This document shows positions 38,883 to 51,239 of a stretch of DNA of 64,000 nucleotides, piece by piece (positions within the stretch are counted from its first letter, which is position 1; the number at the start of each line of letters is the position of its first letter). The notes beneath the pieces are model-generated. The model ran no database searches and was not told the origin of the DNA. It saw nothing but the letters and a program-made list of their open reading frames with translations. The translations under genes were made by a program, and so were the position numbers. The DNA is taken from NCBI GenBank assembly GCA_001179505.1, contig CDMY01000022.1, positions 62,001 through 126,000 on the forward strand, read 5' to 3'. The stretch is from Vitrella brassicaformis CCMP3155. Its lineage: Eukaryota; Protista; Chromerida.

Positions 38883-41800
38883 ATGTCCTCCATCATCAAT
38901 CAGCTGTCGCCCTATTTTTGTGCCGTGTGCACCCCCGTCAAAGGCAACACGCAGCTCGGCACCCTTGTCGACCAATCGGAGATTCAAATAAACGCCCTCC
39001 AGTTCCAAAACAGCCGCAGCCAACTAGAGGGTGAGCACACGACGGCATGCACAAGACGCAGGACACGCAGCCCACCTGATTGCGGCGAGGGGCAATACCT
39101 GTGATGTTTGTCAGCGATGATTGTTTGGTTGACTGTCCGTGTCTGTCTGTCTGTCTGCCTGTCTGTGCTGCAGAGAATCAGAGGTCTGTGGTGGAGAGGA
39201 TTGTGAACAGATGGGCGGCAATGCTCTACAGGGTGACAACAATTTCCACGTCGTTATAAATTGATTCTACACGGATCTGCAGACAAGCCATCCATCGAAT
39301 CGATTTGTGTCTCTCTTTGATCAGGGTAAGAAGTTGGAGGTGGTGCAGCAGATGATCCACGGCACGCAGGTTGTCCCGCTTGTCGTCACGCTGGACAAAG
39401 ACCTCTTGGTACACACACACACACACACACACACAGGGAGAGGGAGAGAGAGAGAGAGGGAGAGAGACACGCAGAGGGGGCGATCGATCGATGGATGGCC
39501 CGTCCATCCATTTCTCTTTCCCTCCCTCCCTGTCTCCATGCACTCCCTGGCTGGCAGACTCTGGACATCGGCGGCACTCGTCAGTACCTCCGCAACCTCA
39601 CCACCCTCAAACTCATCGACAACAACCACACCGCCACCGCACCACAGCCACCAGTAGCAGCAGCAGGAGCTGCAGCAGGAGCGAGTCGTGCCGCTTCGTT
39701 GCGTGGCACCCTTCCCCCGTCCCTCCCGTCGCGCGTCACACAAAAGGCACCGGTCGTGTATGAAGAGGAAGCTGAAGAGGGAGAAGACGATAAGCGAGCC
39801 GAGAATGCGCTGGGGCAGAGGCAGCAGCCGGCAGGGCAAGATGCTGACGGTAAGGGTGAGGCTGAAGGCGAGACACCGGTGGAGTCGCCAGTGCGCAAGC
39901 CGATGAAGCGTCAGGCGACGGGCGGTATGGCGCTTCTCAAGCGCCAGGTCACGGGGGGAGCCGCACTGGGATCCAGGTTCTCCAGGTTCAACCCTGACGA
40001 CGATGAGGACGAAGACGAAGATGAAGACGAAGACGACGAGGGTGAAGCCGAGGAAGATCAAGGCGACAAGCCGCCGTCCAGCTCATCGAGCGCCAGTGCC
40101 AGCAGCCGCGACGCGTCACGAGAGACACAACAGCAGCAGCAGCAGCAGGACTGGGCGGAATGGCTGCGCCAGAGCCGCACGCGGCTGGGCACCTCGCTGG
40201 GCTTCAAGACCATCGGGTCCACACTGGGTGGCTTCGACACAGGGCGGTTCTTCAGCGGCCGTCCGTCGCTGTTGCGGGTGCGGGTGCACACCTATGACCT
40301 GGAGGCGGTGTTCGCTGGCGCCCTCGCCTCGTCAACGGTGAGATGGCGATTCGGCAACAGGACCGACAGACTGCACTTTGCCCTCGCCTTGAAGGTGCGT
40401 CGAAAAAGCGGAATGAGTGAAACAGTGGTGTATCCCCTGTTGGCGGCACGCTTGCTTGCTAATGTGTCTTGCTAAGTCAGATTCTCCGTTCGAGAGACCC
40501 GCAAGTCACTAAGATGGGTGTGTGTCATGTGGAGAGGACTCACGTGCCGAAGGAGCTGCCATTCAGCCCCACACAGAGTGAGTGAGTGACTGACTGACTG
40601 ACTGAAGTGACACACAATACAGCACAGCAGAGAGCCTCTTCCTCTGTCTGTCAATTGGCGTAGGAGACCAGCATTTGTTTGCGCTTGCTCGCCGCGAGCA
40701 TTTCGATCCGCAGCACGGACACACTGTCGTCCTCTCGTGAGGAAAAGGGGAGGAGACACGCACGCATGGCATGAAACGCACACACTATTTAATTTGTGTG
40801 ACATACATATGCATGCATCGATACACGACATGACATAAATGAATCAGTGTAGTGGATCTGCTGGTGACCCGTGCTCTGCGCACGCCCTCGTCACAGCTCT
40901 ATGTGGAGCTCTACGTCAGGTGTGTGTGTGTGTGTGTGTGTGGACTGAGAGAGACAGGTCACCTCACCTGCCGATCGGTGGATGGAATCATTGTGTCTGT
41001 CTGTCTGTCTGGCAGGTATCCTTTGGTTGATAAGTATCTGTATGTCCGGTCCAAGCCCGCCCTGCTGCCAGCGTGGGCACAGGTCAGTTGGTCAGCCATT
41101 GCACAATGTTGGGGCCACACCACACAAATATGACTGACATCCCTCTCGCGATGTGTGCGGTGTCAGTGGGCTCACGGCCCAGGAGGCAGCCAAAGACACA
41201 GCAGCATGCAGGCACGTACATCATGATACGCGCCTGAGTGCGTCAGCCACTAGCACTTTTGTGCCTTTTTGGCGTGTGCCTTTCCCCTCTCTCTGTCTGT
41301 CTGTCCAGGTCGATGTGGCGATAGAGGAGATATCGGCTGCTGAAGTGGACAGCTACGACCCTCACAAAGAGTTTGGTACACACACACACACCAGATCACT
41401 CTCATGTGTGTCGGTCGTGTCGGTTGTCTCGTGTTGTGTTTGTGTAAGTTGGCAAGGAGGAGGCCGAGATGCGGTCGGTCAACTCTGTGGCGCGGATTGC
41501 CTTCAACCTGCACAACGTCAAGGTCAAGATCCCCAAGTGCCCTCACAGCATATTCGGCCGACTGATTGCTACGGATGAGTACTTCCCCACAGCCATCGGC
41601 ACATTCAGGGTCTGGAGACACACACGTGCACAGGGAGAGAAAGAGAGAGATGGCTGGCTGTTGACTGTACGCTATGCTCTGTGTCTGTCTGCAATTCTCT
41701 GGCTGCATGGACGAAATGCAGCTGAGTGTGGGCCAGCAGCATATGACGTACAAGTCAGTGGGGCAACACAGAAAGATGGAGAGCAGCTGTGAATGAATGT

Positions 41801-42762
41801 CTCCTTCACTCTTCAGGAGGCCAGACGACGAGCAATTGAGATCTCACGTTCGATTCGGACCAAGTGAGACGCAAATGGCCACCTGCAATCGATCTATTCA
41901 TCTAGATCTGTCCTCCTCCTGCTTGTGTGGTGCAGTTGGTGGCGGTGTTGATGACGGTGGGAGGGGTGTGGGGCTCCCCAGACCAGAGGACACCCCAGGG
42001 AGCTCGCTCATGGTGCCCAAAGCACCCAGCGGCGAAGGTCAGTTAGTCAGCCAGTCAGGCGCACAGACAGAAAGACACAAGGTGAGACACACTGCACACC
42101 TGAATGAGCTATCGTGTCTTTGTTTGGTGTGCGATGTCCACTGATAGCCTCGCCCGCCGATAGCCTCTGCAGCCCGCGGGGCCCCCGGGATATCCATCTC
42201 ATCGGTCGGCACATACATTGACTGACAGCAATCCATCCGTCGACGGATGCCGGCCGTGAGGTCTGTCTGACAGGTGTGTGTGTGTGTGTGTGTGTGTTGA
42301 TGCCTTCGATCAGTTCACAGCGCGTACAAGGTCAAGGTGCGTCAGCAAGAGCAGCAGGCCATGGAGCTGCCCAGGTCAGGTGCCGGCGAGCAAGGCCCTC
42401 TCGGCAAGGCCGGCTTGGCTGTGCCAGCAGAGCACCACGCTCATTTGGCCCCCGAGGGCACAGCGCTGAGCCCACGCACCACTGCTGCCAATGAGGCCGC
42501 TGGTGCTTCCAAACCCACACACGTAAGCGACGCAAGCAGGGACGAAGGGAGGGAACCAACGATTGACAGAACGACGACTCTCTCTCCTTTCGCGACTGAC
42601 TCTTACGGCTGCAGAGCACTGTCGAGCTGGGGCTCCTCAGTGTTCGGCTGTTGGGGTACTACAACGTTCAGTGACTGGCTGAGTGCGTGGGTGGTGCACT
42701 CAGCATCTCTTGGTTGGCTCCTGGTTCTATGCATGGCCGGCCTACCTGCCCGTCTTTCCTGA
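38883..42762 (+). CDS. Multi-exon hypothetical protein, possibly with an ISP-like PH fold near the N-terminus; 3' boundary uncertain
   Basis: Phase-consistent exons MSSIINQLSPYFCAVCTP...QLE|ENQRSVVERIVNRWAAMLYR|GKKLEVVQQMIHGTQVVPLVVTLDKDLL|TLDIGGTRQYLRNLTTLKLI; acidic linker; later beta-rich exons (LLRVRVHTYDL, ARIAFNLHNVKVKIP). Confidence 0.55.
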
Positions 42763-43170
42763 CAGTCGCATGTTCGATTGTTTTGCATGCCCTTCTGCCA
42801 TGGATGGAAAATGCATGGATTGCTGGACACCCCTCGAGCTCGTGTGTGTGCAATGCCATCACGGTAACAAGGCTCAACAAGGGATTGTATGCTGTGCGGG
42901 CGAGGGAGGGAGACAGTGTGTGAGCGTGGTTAAGTCCATTTTGAGCTGGTGCATCTCTCTGTCCCAGTGTCTCGTGTCTCTTCCCTCTCCCACAGTCCGC
43001 GACTCATCCGCACGAAAACATCAGAACAGGAGAGACAGGAGAAAGAAAAAGCCTCTCAGCACTAAAGAAAACCGAGGTGCCACGAAAAAAAAAACTCGAT
43101 TTCTTTGCTAAAAAACAAAAAAAAAATTGCTCACTGTACCCTTCTGGTCTCTGTTATCTGTTCTGTGTTG

Positions 43171-44241
43171 TCATGCACCCATCCATGGCTGTCTACTACA
43201 CTGCACCCTTCGGCTTGTCGGTTGTATCTTTTGGGCGGGCGGTTCACGTTGAGGCGAATGGCTTGTCGGCCCACTCTGCCCACTTCTTCGAACCTGCTCC
43301 ATACATGTCATGAATCCATCTGTGTCGTGCGGTGGATGACTCATTTTACCAGGAAGGTAGAAGTTGTATGCGGTCTCGGTGTCGCCCTCCACCACGTAGG
43401 CCGTGGCCGAGTAGTTTCCCGAAATGGAGCCGGTTGAGCCCTCCGGGAGGGTCGCCTTGGCAAGGTTCGGGCGCTCCCGGTACTAAATCCAAGCATATAG
43501 ACGCATTGCATGTGTGGGTAATCTCCTTTGACTCTCTCGCTGGGCACCTGGGGTTTCAAGGTGCACATCATTCCGCCCTGCTCTGCCGTCTCCTCGACCA
43601 CCCGCTGTTCGCCGCACATCTCCTCCGCGGTGGATTTGTCGATGCACTTGCCGCGGAATACCGGGCGAGTCTTGTAGAAATCCAACTGAATGATGTCAAA
43701 AGAGAGGAAGGGTCCCAGCGCGTGCATTATCAAACATGTGTGTGGACGGACCTCAAACTCGGTGTACGTGGGCCCAGTGTTGTACACAGCGCAGATCTGA
43801 TTCAAGCCCTCCTTGACTGTACAGGGGTCAACCATCTTGTGCGGGAGGTAGAAGAAGTTGACCGCACCCGGCGTCGTGGTGTGCTTCCGCGTCATCTGCA
43901 CGCGGCAGACCTGGACGGCCCCGGCATCGTCATGGTGACCTGCATCGTGCAACCATCAATTGCATGCATCACTTCCATGTCGTTGATTGTGGGCAGCAGC
44001 AATACTGCCGCAACCTACCTGCCTTGCCGGCCTCTGCAATGTGAGTTTCCGTGTGCAGGGAACCGCCCCATGCGGCAGCAGTGCCAACGAGGAGAACCAC
44101 CACCGCGACGGCGATCAACAGGCTCACGGGTTGTATTCTTACTGAAGATGGGCGAGCCAAACTAACACAACGGTGGCGACGAGAGACGAGAGAAGGCCCC
44201 CACGGCGTCGGGGCCTGCAGGCAGCCTCGCCGTCTCGACAC
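43171..44241 (-). pseudogene. Intronless, frameshifted relic of a secreted protein gene
   Basis: Signal-like LLIAVAVVVLLVGTAAAW, then coding-like text that hops frames (PTINDMEVMHAIDGCTMQV / VQVCRVQMTRKHTTTPGAVNFFYLPHKM...CVYMLGFS / PNLAKATLPEG...YNFYLPGK). No microsatellite introns. A-rich tracts at 43085-43126. Confidence 0.4.
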
Positions 44242-44928
44242 CTTTGGCCTCTTTGGAGGCCATATCCATGCTCAGATTGACCGATGAATCATTCATCCAT
44301 CGATCTTGGCAAGAAGGTCCAGAAGTGAATCATTCATTCAATCATTCGTTCATCACTGACTTATGCATCGGACGTGATTGAGAGACAAGAGAGACATGAA
44401 GACCGACAGTCAGAGACAGAGACAGAGACAGAGAGAGAGAATTACATACACAGAGAGAGAGAGAGAGAGAGAGAAGCGGGTCATTGCAGTTGTCCTCTTT
44501 GGCCTCTTCTGTGTCGATTCGTCGATTGCACATCATGATCATCTGGGAACGGACAACCTTCATACAATCGGACGTTGCCTCGGTGGGCAGCGAGGGCCTG
44601 GATAAAGGAGGGCAGGAGCCCACTGGCGGCCGGAAAATACCGGAAAACCGGAAACGGAGGCGCTCTCTGCCAGCCCAGCTGCCAAGAGACGAGGAGGCCG
44701 CATCGACAGATGAGGATGCGGGCGAGACGTGGGCCGATGCGCTCGACTTTGACGACTTGGAGCCAGATTACGATGCTGTAGATTGCTATAGTCGCCCGGC
44801 CTGTTTGCTTGCAGGATGGTTCCCCCGACGCTGCTTTGCTGCTGAACTGGGACAGGGATTTCTGCGTCTCTTTCTCCCTCTCTCTCTTTCTATGTGTGTG
44901 TGTGTGTGGGTGGGGGGGGGGGGTCTGT

Positions 44929-45228
44929 NNNNNNNNNNNNNNNNNNNNNNNNNNNNNNNNNNNNNNNNNNNNNNNNNNNNNNNNNNNNNNNNNNNNNNNN
45001 NNNNNNNNNNNNNNNNNNNNNNNNNNNNNNNNNNNNNNNNNNNNNNNNNNNNNNNNNNNNNNNNNNNNNNNNNNNNNNNNNNNNNNNNNNNNNNNNNNNN
45101 NNNNNNNNNNNNNNNNNNNNNNNNNNNNNNNNNNNNNNNNNNNNNNNNNNNNNNNNNNNNNNNNNNNNNNNNNNNNNNNNNNNNNNNNNNNNNNNNNNNN
45201 NNNNNNNNNNNNNNNNNNNNNNNNNNNN
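44929..45228. other. Assembly gap (N run); both flanks carry the same gtgtgtgtggg-t-poly(G)-tctgt sequence
   Basis: 44900-44928 and 45229-45258 are near-identical, suggesting overlapping contig ends. Confidence 0.95.
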
Positions 45229-46512
45229 GTGTGTGTGGGTGGGGGGGGGGGGTCTGTCTCTGCTGCATTGATTTGATTGACGCAGCTGGTGGAGTGGATG
45301 ACCAATGGGGTGCATCGAGTGCGTCAGTTCACTCAGCTGTGAATACCTGTCTGTCGTGGCCGGCCGGCCTGCGTTGTGCCGTCTTGTTTTCCGTTCTCTG
45401 TGCACTGATTGACGTGTGTTATCATACGCAGGTCGGTATGGGTGGATGTGACAAACACACGTGCTGGTTACTAACGTCAGTCTCTTCATGTCATGTTACT
45501 TACCATGCACCTCATGCACTTGACTTGATGTGCTTATGCGTCTATGGCCGGGTGGGTGCCTTTGGGACGTTCCCTCTCTTACACACTCACTCGATCGATC
45601 ATGCACACACACATCCAATCCATTGCTTGTCATCCATCCGATCTGGCAGCTTTCCCACCACACCCATCCATCACACACACCACACCCACCTACTTGCGCA
45701 CCGACCCTATCAGCCAGCCAGCCATGCAGGCCCATCCATCCATCCATCCATCCTGCGGGCATCACATCGAATGTGTACAGAAATACCAACCGAGAGAGAG
45801 ACAAGTGAGTCGACTGAATCCACCCCACCCCACCACACACAGCAACAGCAACGGCAAGCAGTGAGAGAGAGGGGTTCGTATGGAGTGGAGTGGGTGGCCG
45901 AGCGGGGTGAATGAGTGGGGAAGGAACGTGCAGACAAACACAACAGCCAGCCATTCGTGTGACCATTTTGCCCCTCCCTCCCTCCCTCCATCCATCCATC
46001 CACCCGTCGATCCCTGCTCAGTTGCGAGCAGAGAAGGAGAGGCCAGGCAGGGCAATCGATGGAAGAGGGCATCTGTGCAGTCATATGTGCGTTCTCTGCC
46101 TCGATATTCCTGAAGAAATCCGTGTGCATAAGAAAAGGACTTCTACGCTGTCTGTCTGTCTGTCTGTCTGTCTGACGGGCAGAAAAAGAGCTCGGATCGA
46201 TCAACGCAAAACGTAGCAAGTAAAAAGCAAAAATTTAGCAAGAGTGAGTGGTAGAGACAAAGAGACAGAGACAAAGAGAGAACGCCCGAAACAAAGCCCC
46301 CCAGATCGGAGAGAGCGACAGGGAGTGTAAACGACGCAACACATCCAGCCCCCATCCCATTCCTGCCTGCCACGCATCGCATCGCCGAACCAGCCAGCCA
46401 GTAAGTCAGTGGGTCAGCCCATTTGTTGCCCCTGCCTGCCCGCCCCGCCATATCCATGGTTATGCCTCCCTCTTTCGGCGGGTCCATCCAGCCAGCCAGC
46501 TCAATCAGTCAA

Positions 46513-48921
46513 TCAGTCAATCCCTCCCTCCATCCTGCCCAAATCGACCGGCCCCCTGTCGTCCCCCCCATCGCTGCCCTCTCGCCGCCTCCTTGCCGGC
46601 AGCTCCACAGACCGGATATCCCTCTCCCTCTCCCTCTCGCCCCGACCATCATCCAGCACCCACCTTCGCACATGCGTCACGCTGGTGCCGTCGTGATCAT
46701 CGCACTGGTGGTGCTCATGCTCAGGGTCATTTGAATGTGCCTCTCGCCTCAAGCATGGCATGCTCGCATAGTGGTAGATGGTCATGGGCGCACCGTCGTG
46801 CTCGTCGCCGCGTTCGGATGAGGCGTCGTCTGGCTCCTCGGGTATGGGCGGGAGACGGCATGATACACTGTGCAGGGGGTGAGGAGGGGGCGGGGGCGCG
46901 CTGGGCAGAGGCGATAACGGCGGCGGACGGGTCATGTTCCGACAAGGGGCCCTGCAGACAACAGACAGAGAGCACACCACAAGGGCGACAGACAGGTGCA
47001 TCCGGCCGTCAGAGTGTTTTCATTTATTGGTCTCTCTCGCGTACGTACCTTCTGCCCTTTGCCTGCAGGCCGAGCAGGGACGTCACCCCCGCCAGGCCGA
47101 CTCGCCCACCCCTCTCGTCGTCAACCTCACCTGCGCGTGACGGGAAAAACTGGGGAGAGAAACTCGACGTCCGCCTGAAGGGCGGCCGGGGCCCGCTGCT
47201 CGTCGTGCCGGTGTGGGGTGGTAGTGGGGGAGGGGGCAGGGGGTCCGGGAAGGCCACACATGGCATGTGCGGGGTGGGTGAGGGCGAGGATGCCTCGGAG
47301 TCCGACGCGACTGACGGCGAGAAGGTGACCAGCGGATCATTGGCCCAGTCTGCATCGCTCAGTGGATCGGACGAGGCAGCTGAATACGGGGAGGGCGCCA
47401 CGGTCGACGACGTGCTCGATTGAACGCTGGAGCCGCCATCGTCTCGCGTGCCGTGAAGCTTGACCACACCGCCGCTCACAACCAGCACGCCGCCCCCATT
47501 GGCTCTCGGCCCCCTGTTGCCGGCGCAGTCCCTGTGCGTTTGCCTCTGCGCCTCGACGTGGAAAGCGGCCCATTTCCTCCGCTGACAAATGTGAATGGCG
47601 GCCACCCCAACACCACACGACAGGATGCCGAAACTCACCACCGCACACACCAACACCACACTCCCTCCTCCCCCTGCCCCACCCCTGCCGCCATTCCCGC
47701 GGTCCTCAGAGCCGTCCATTCCCACCCGCCTCTGCTGCTGCTGCATCGCTTGCTCTTCCTCGAGAGAGAGGGGCATCCGCACAGCCGCCTGACATTCGCC
47801 GTTGAAGCACACGCCTTCTGGGCATGGAGCCCCCTCGTCCATGAATGCCCCGGGCTCGCATGCGCCTGTCTGAGGGTTGCACGCTGACGGGAGCCGGCAT
47901 GGCGGGGAGGGACAGACGACGTGCTCGCAGCGGTCGCCCCACCGACCCTGGCCGGCCATCAACAAGTGACAGTCGCTGACGTTGGACGATGGTGATGATG
48001 AAGATGGCGGGTCGGCACACGGCGCAGTGGCACTTCCCTCCTCCCTCCTGATGTTGTCGTGCTGCTGTGCGTGTGCTTGTGCGTGTGCTTGTGGGGGGAG
48101 ATGCAGAGGGCCCTCGTCCTTCGGACGCAACGATGGCGTGCTGGTGTCGCCCCCCCGTGCCCACCCCTTCCCCCACCTGGCCGCCTCTGCCGCCGCCGGC
48201 TCGTGAGTCAGCACGCCTCCCCCTTGACACGGCCATGGCCCCGAGATGGCCATGGGCCATGGGAAGGCCCCCAACGGCTCGGTGTCGTTGCGCAGCCAGC
48301 AGAGACCGACGGGACGGGTGCCGTTGGCCACCAGAGGGATCATGTGAGAAGGGATGGGGGGCTCGGCAAGGAAGAAGGTGAACGAGTGGCAGGACGGCAG
48401 GGTCTCACAGTGGTGGAAGCAGGTGAGTAGCGAGGGACAGTCCATCAGAGCGAGAGGGGCATCGGGGACACTCCAAGTGGAGTTGACTTCAAAACACGCT
48501 GGCATGACAACAGACGAAAGCAAAAGCAATCTTGATAGCCATTGTTGCGTGTACGTCAAGTTTGTGGGGCCCACCCACCTGGTCCCCACACTTGGTTCCA
48601 GCACAGCTCTAGTGGTTCCTCGTGCCCACCCTCTCCTTGCTGTCCCTTGCCGCTCCCCCGCATCCCACACACATTGCCCTGCCTGTGGTCGCCCCCTCTG
48701 TGCGTGGCTGCCGTCTCAACCCCCACCCCCAGCACCAGACGCTCCGTCAGCTCGGTCAATGCCAGCGTGACGATCAGCCAGACGGCAAACCACGCCACAA
48801 GCGACGTCCAGAAGGACGGGGATTGGGCTGCTCGGTGTGGTGGTCGGCCCAGTGCTCGGGTCTCCCGCGTGTAGTGGCGCTTCGCGTGCAGGATGGCTGC
48901 GTCGGGTGGGCAGGCAGACAT
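46513..48921 (-). CDS. Type I membrane protein with PAN/apple domain, Cys-rich module, TM and long S/P-rich cytosolic tail (3 exons)
   Basis: Hydrophobic leader WTSLVAWFAVWLIVTLAL. Splice WGP|ACFEVN leads to CPSLLTCFHHCETLPSCHSFTF...CWLRND...SGPWPC (PAN). Then CEHVVCPSPPCRLPSACNPQTGAC...CPEGVCFNGEC; TM VVLVCAVVSFGILSCGVGVAAIHIC followed by QRRK; last exon 46952-46513 joins in phase 2. Confidence 0.75.
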
Positions 48922-49554
48922 CGGTCGGTGGGTGGGTGGGCAGCCAGCTGCAGTGCTACTCACTTTGGAGCGGGGCGCGGCGTGTCATCGGGCCCGTGTT
49001 GCTCGCCTGGCAGTCGCCCTCCTTTCTGCCGGCAGTCCACGCGCCATCCTTCAATTGTCAGGCAGGCAGCACCAAGAGAGGAGAAAAGAGAAGAGAAAGC
49101 CGCCGTATGTAGTTCAAAAAGCCGCACGGGGGGGTCAGCCGGGCAAGCCGTGTTGCCCTGTCTGTCGACACTCTACCAACGCCAGACAACGCCTCAGTCA
49201 AATTTTCCACTGCAGAAAATGAGCCAGACAGCGTTTCCCGAAGGGTGATAGAGGGAGGAGAGAGGGAGCGAAATGACACCGGAGGATTCGGCGCTCTCAG
49301 TGATCGTGACGCCTTTTCGCCGCGTTGTACTATTATTCTTTTTTCGACCGAACTGCATCGCTATCGTGGACGGATGCGCCGCTGATGTGCCGGAGATAGA
49401 ATGGGTCGAGGACGTTAAGGGGCGCATCCTCGCCTGACTCATCCATTTCGGCTTCAATTCCTCAGTTGCAACTCCAGGGTTTCGGAAAGGTGCAGGGTTT
49501 TCCGAGAGGGAAATGAAACGAACAAACTTCCATATAGATTGGCAGCTTCATCTA

Positions 49555-50793
49555 ATGGATTCTCAGGAGTCTCAGCTGGCTAAGTACCGCAAGCGCCACA
49601 ATAAGGAGTACCTGAAGCGCAAGGCGGATGCTGCTGGGGATATCGATGGCGAGAAGGAGGCCAAGGCCGCCAAGACCACAACAGGCGCCACCTCATCCGG
49701 CGTGAGCGCATCGGCCTCTGCTGCAGCGGCCGCAGCGCCGGCAGGTCCCTCCCAGCCCACCGCCACGGACCTGGATGCCTTCATGACCGACGAGGAGCGT
49801 CGCCGCAAGCGCCAGGAGGAAGCCGACCACGCCCTGGCGATGCAGCTGTCGGGCGAGATCAACATTGAGACTGACCGCCGCGATGAGAGGGAGTCGCAGA
49901 TAGAGAGGGACGAGAAGCTGGCGAGGGACCTGTTCGCCAAGTGGCAGAGGGCCGACACCTCTCGCGAGACCGAGAAGCAAGATAGCAACCAGCAGCAGCA
50001 TGCCGGCCCTTCCCGTCGTGCCGTCCACATTGATCGTGACGAGGAGTGGGAGTGGGTGCGTCTTGTGAAGGCGACGGATGTCAATCGGTATGACACGGAG
50101 GAGGTCATGACGAGGGGTCGGCAGATTCTGGACAAGGAGGGCGACAAGGCGGTCATCAAGGAGCAGCTCACACAGCTGGCGGTCGAGATGGGGTGCCTTA
50201 CGGGCAAGTGGCTCATCAAATTCGGTGGGCCAGACGACTGGAATACGACAAGAGACGAGGCAGCTGCGTCACTCGGGCTCTCAACTTTCCTGTGTTCATG
50301 TGTTCATATGTGTGTGTGTATTGCCTTCAGCACCGGATCAGATTGCAGAGGCCTTCGACCGCGTGTGTGAAGCCATGCGCCAGGGCATGCTGGGCAGTGC
50401 TGCCAAGAGATCCCTCGAGCCCAAGGACAACCTGCACGTCATCTGTGTGTACACGAGGGATTTCAGGGATAAGGGCGACGTCCATCGTGTGCTCAACGCG
50501 CTGCGCGCCAAGGGGCTGGCGCCGCTGGTGGGAAAGGAGCAGCCGTCCAACTACATCTCGCCCTCGAAGTCGGTGACATACAAGACCGACCTCTACACGT
50601 AAGAAAACGAGACGCACAGATGCCTGCAAGGCACGATGAGCCGCGGATGAGCCGTATGTGTGTGTTGGTGTGCTTGCTGACGAATCCCCCTCCCCCCCTG
50701 CACAGGATAGTGGGCATCTACATGGGCAATCCGTGGCAGCTGCCGCCCACCATCTACCAGTCGAACTCGGGCGAGTTCCGCAAGTACACTTAG
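49555..50793 (+). CDS. DUF1917/C11orf68 (BLES03, eIF4E-like fold) protein with N-terminal helical motifs resembling UIM/MIU (exons 49555-50224, 50331-50598, 50706-50793)
   Basis: GKWLIKF|APDQIAEAFDRV...GMLGSAAK...LHVICVYTRDFRDKGDVHRVL...VTYKTDLYT|IVGIYMGNPW. N-terminal EEADHALAMQLS and IERDEKLARDLF. Alternative ATG at 49513. Confidence 0.85.
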
Positions 50794-51239
50794 ACAACAG
50801 GTAGATAGACACACCGACAGATACACAGAGAGACGTACGATGGGTATAGTCTGGAGGAGGCATGGATGTGGGTGTATGCCTGCTGCCTCGGCCTGCCTGC
50901 CTGTGTGCCTTTTGTTGATCGATGGACGGACCTGGTTGTGGGTTGGGGTTGGCGAATCGAACTGACTCGTTTCGTTCGTCTGTGTGCGCGTGTCGTGTAA
51001 ATAACTGAATGGTGCGTGCAAGCAGACTTCATTCATCCATCCAGCCAAGAATGGATGTCTCATCCATCCATCCATCCACGCATCAACACATCCACGCAGA
51101 CACGTTGCGATAGCACCACTGTCCGTCCATGTATGTGTGTCTCCGCCCATCTGCCTGCCTGTCTGTGTCGATCTGTCTGGCTGTCACGCAGAGTCCGCGT
51201 TGTGTTTTGTCTGCCCGTACACATCACACTTTCGGCATC

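Noticed and set aside
44484-44928. Acidic ORF fragment (DEDAGETWADALDFDDLEPDY) before the gap
   Set aside because: No start, no recognisable family, and truncated by the gap; too weak to call.
44900-45258. Direct repeat flanking the gap, resembling a TSD or LTR
   Set aside because: Most simply explained as overlapping contig ends broken at a poly-G run.
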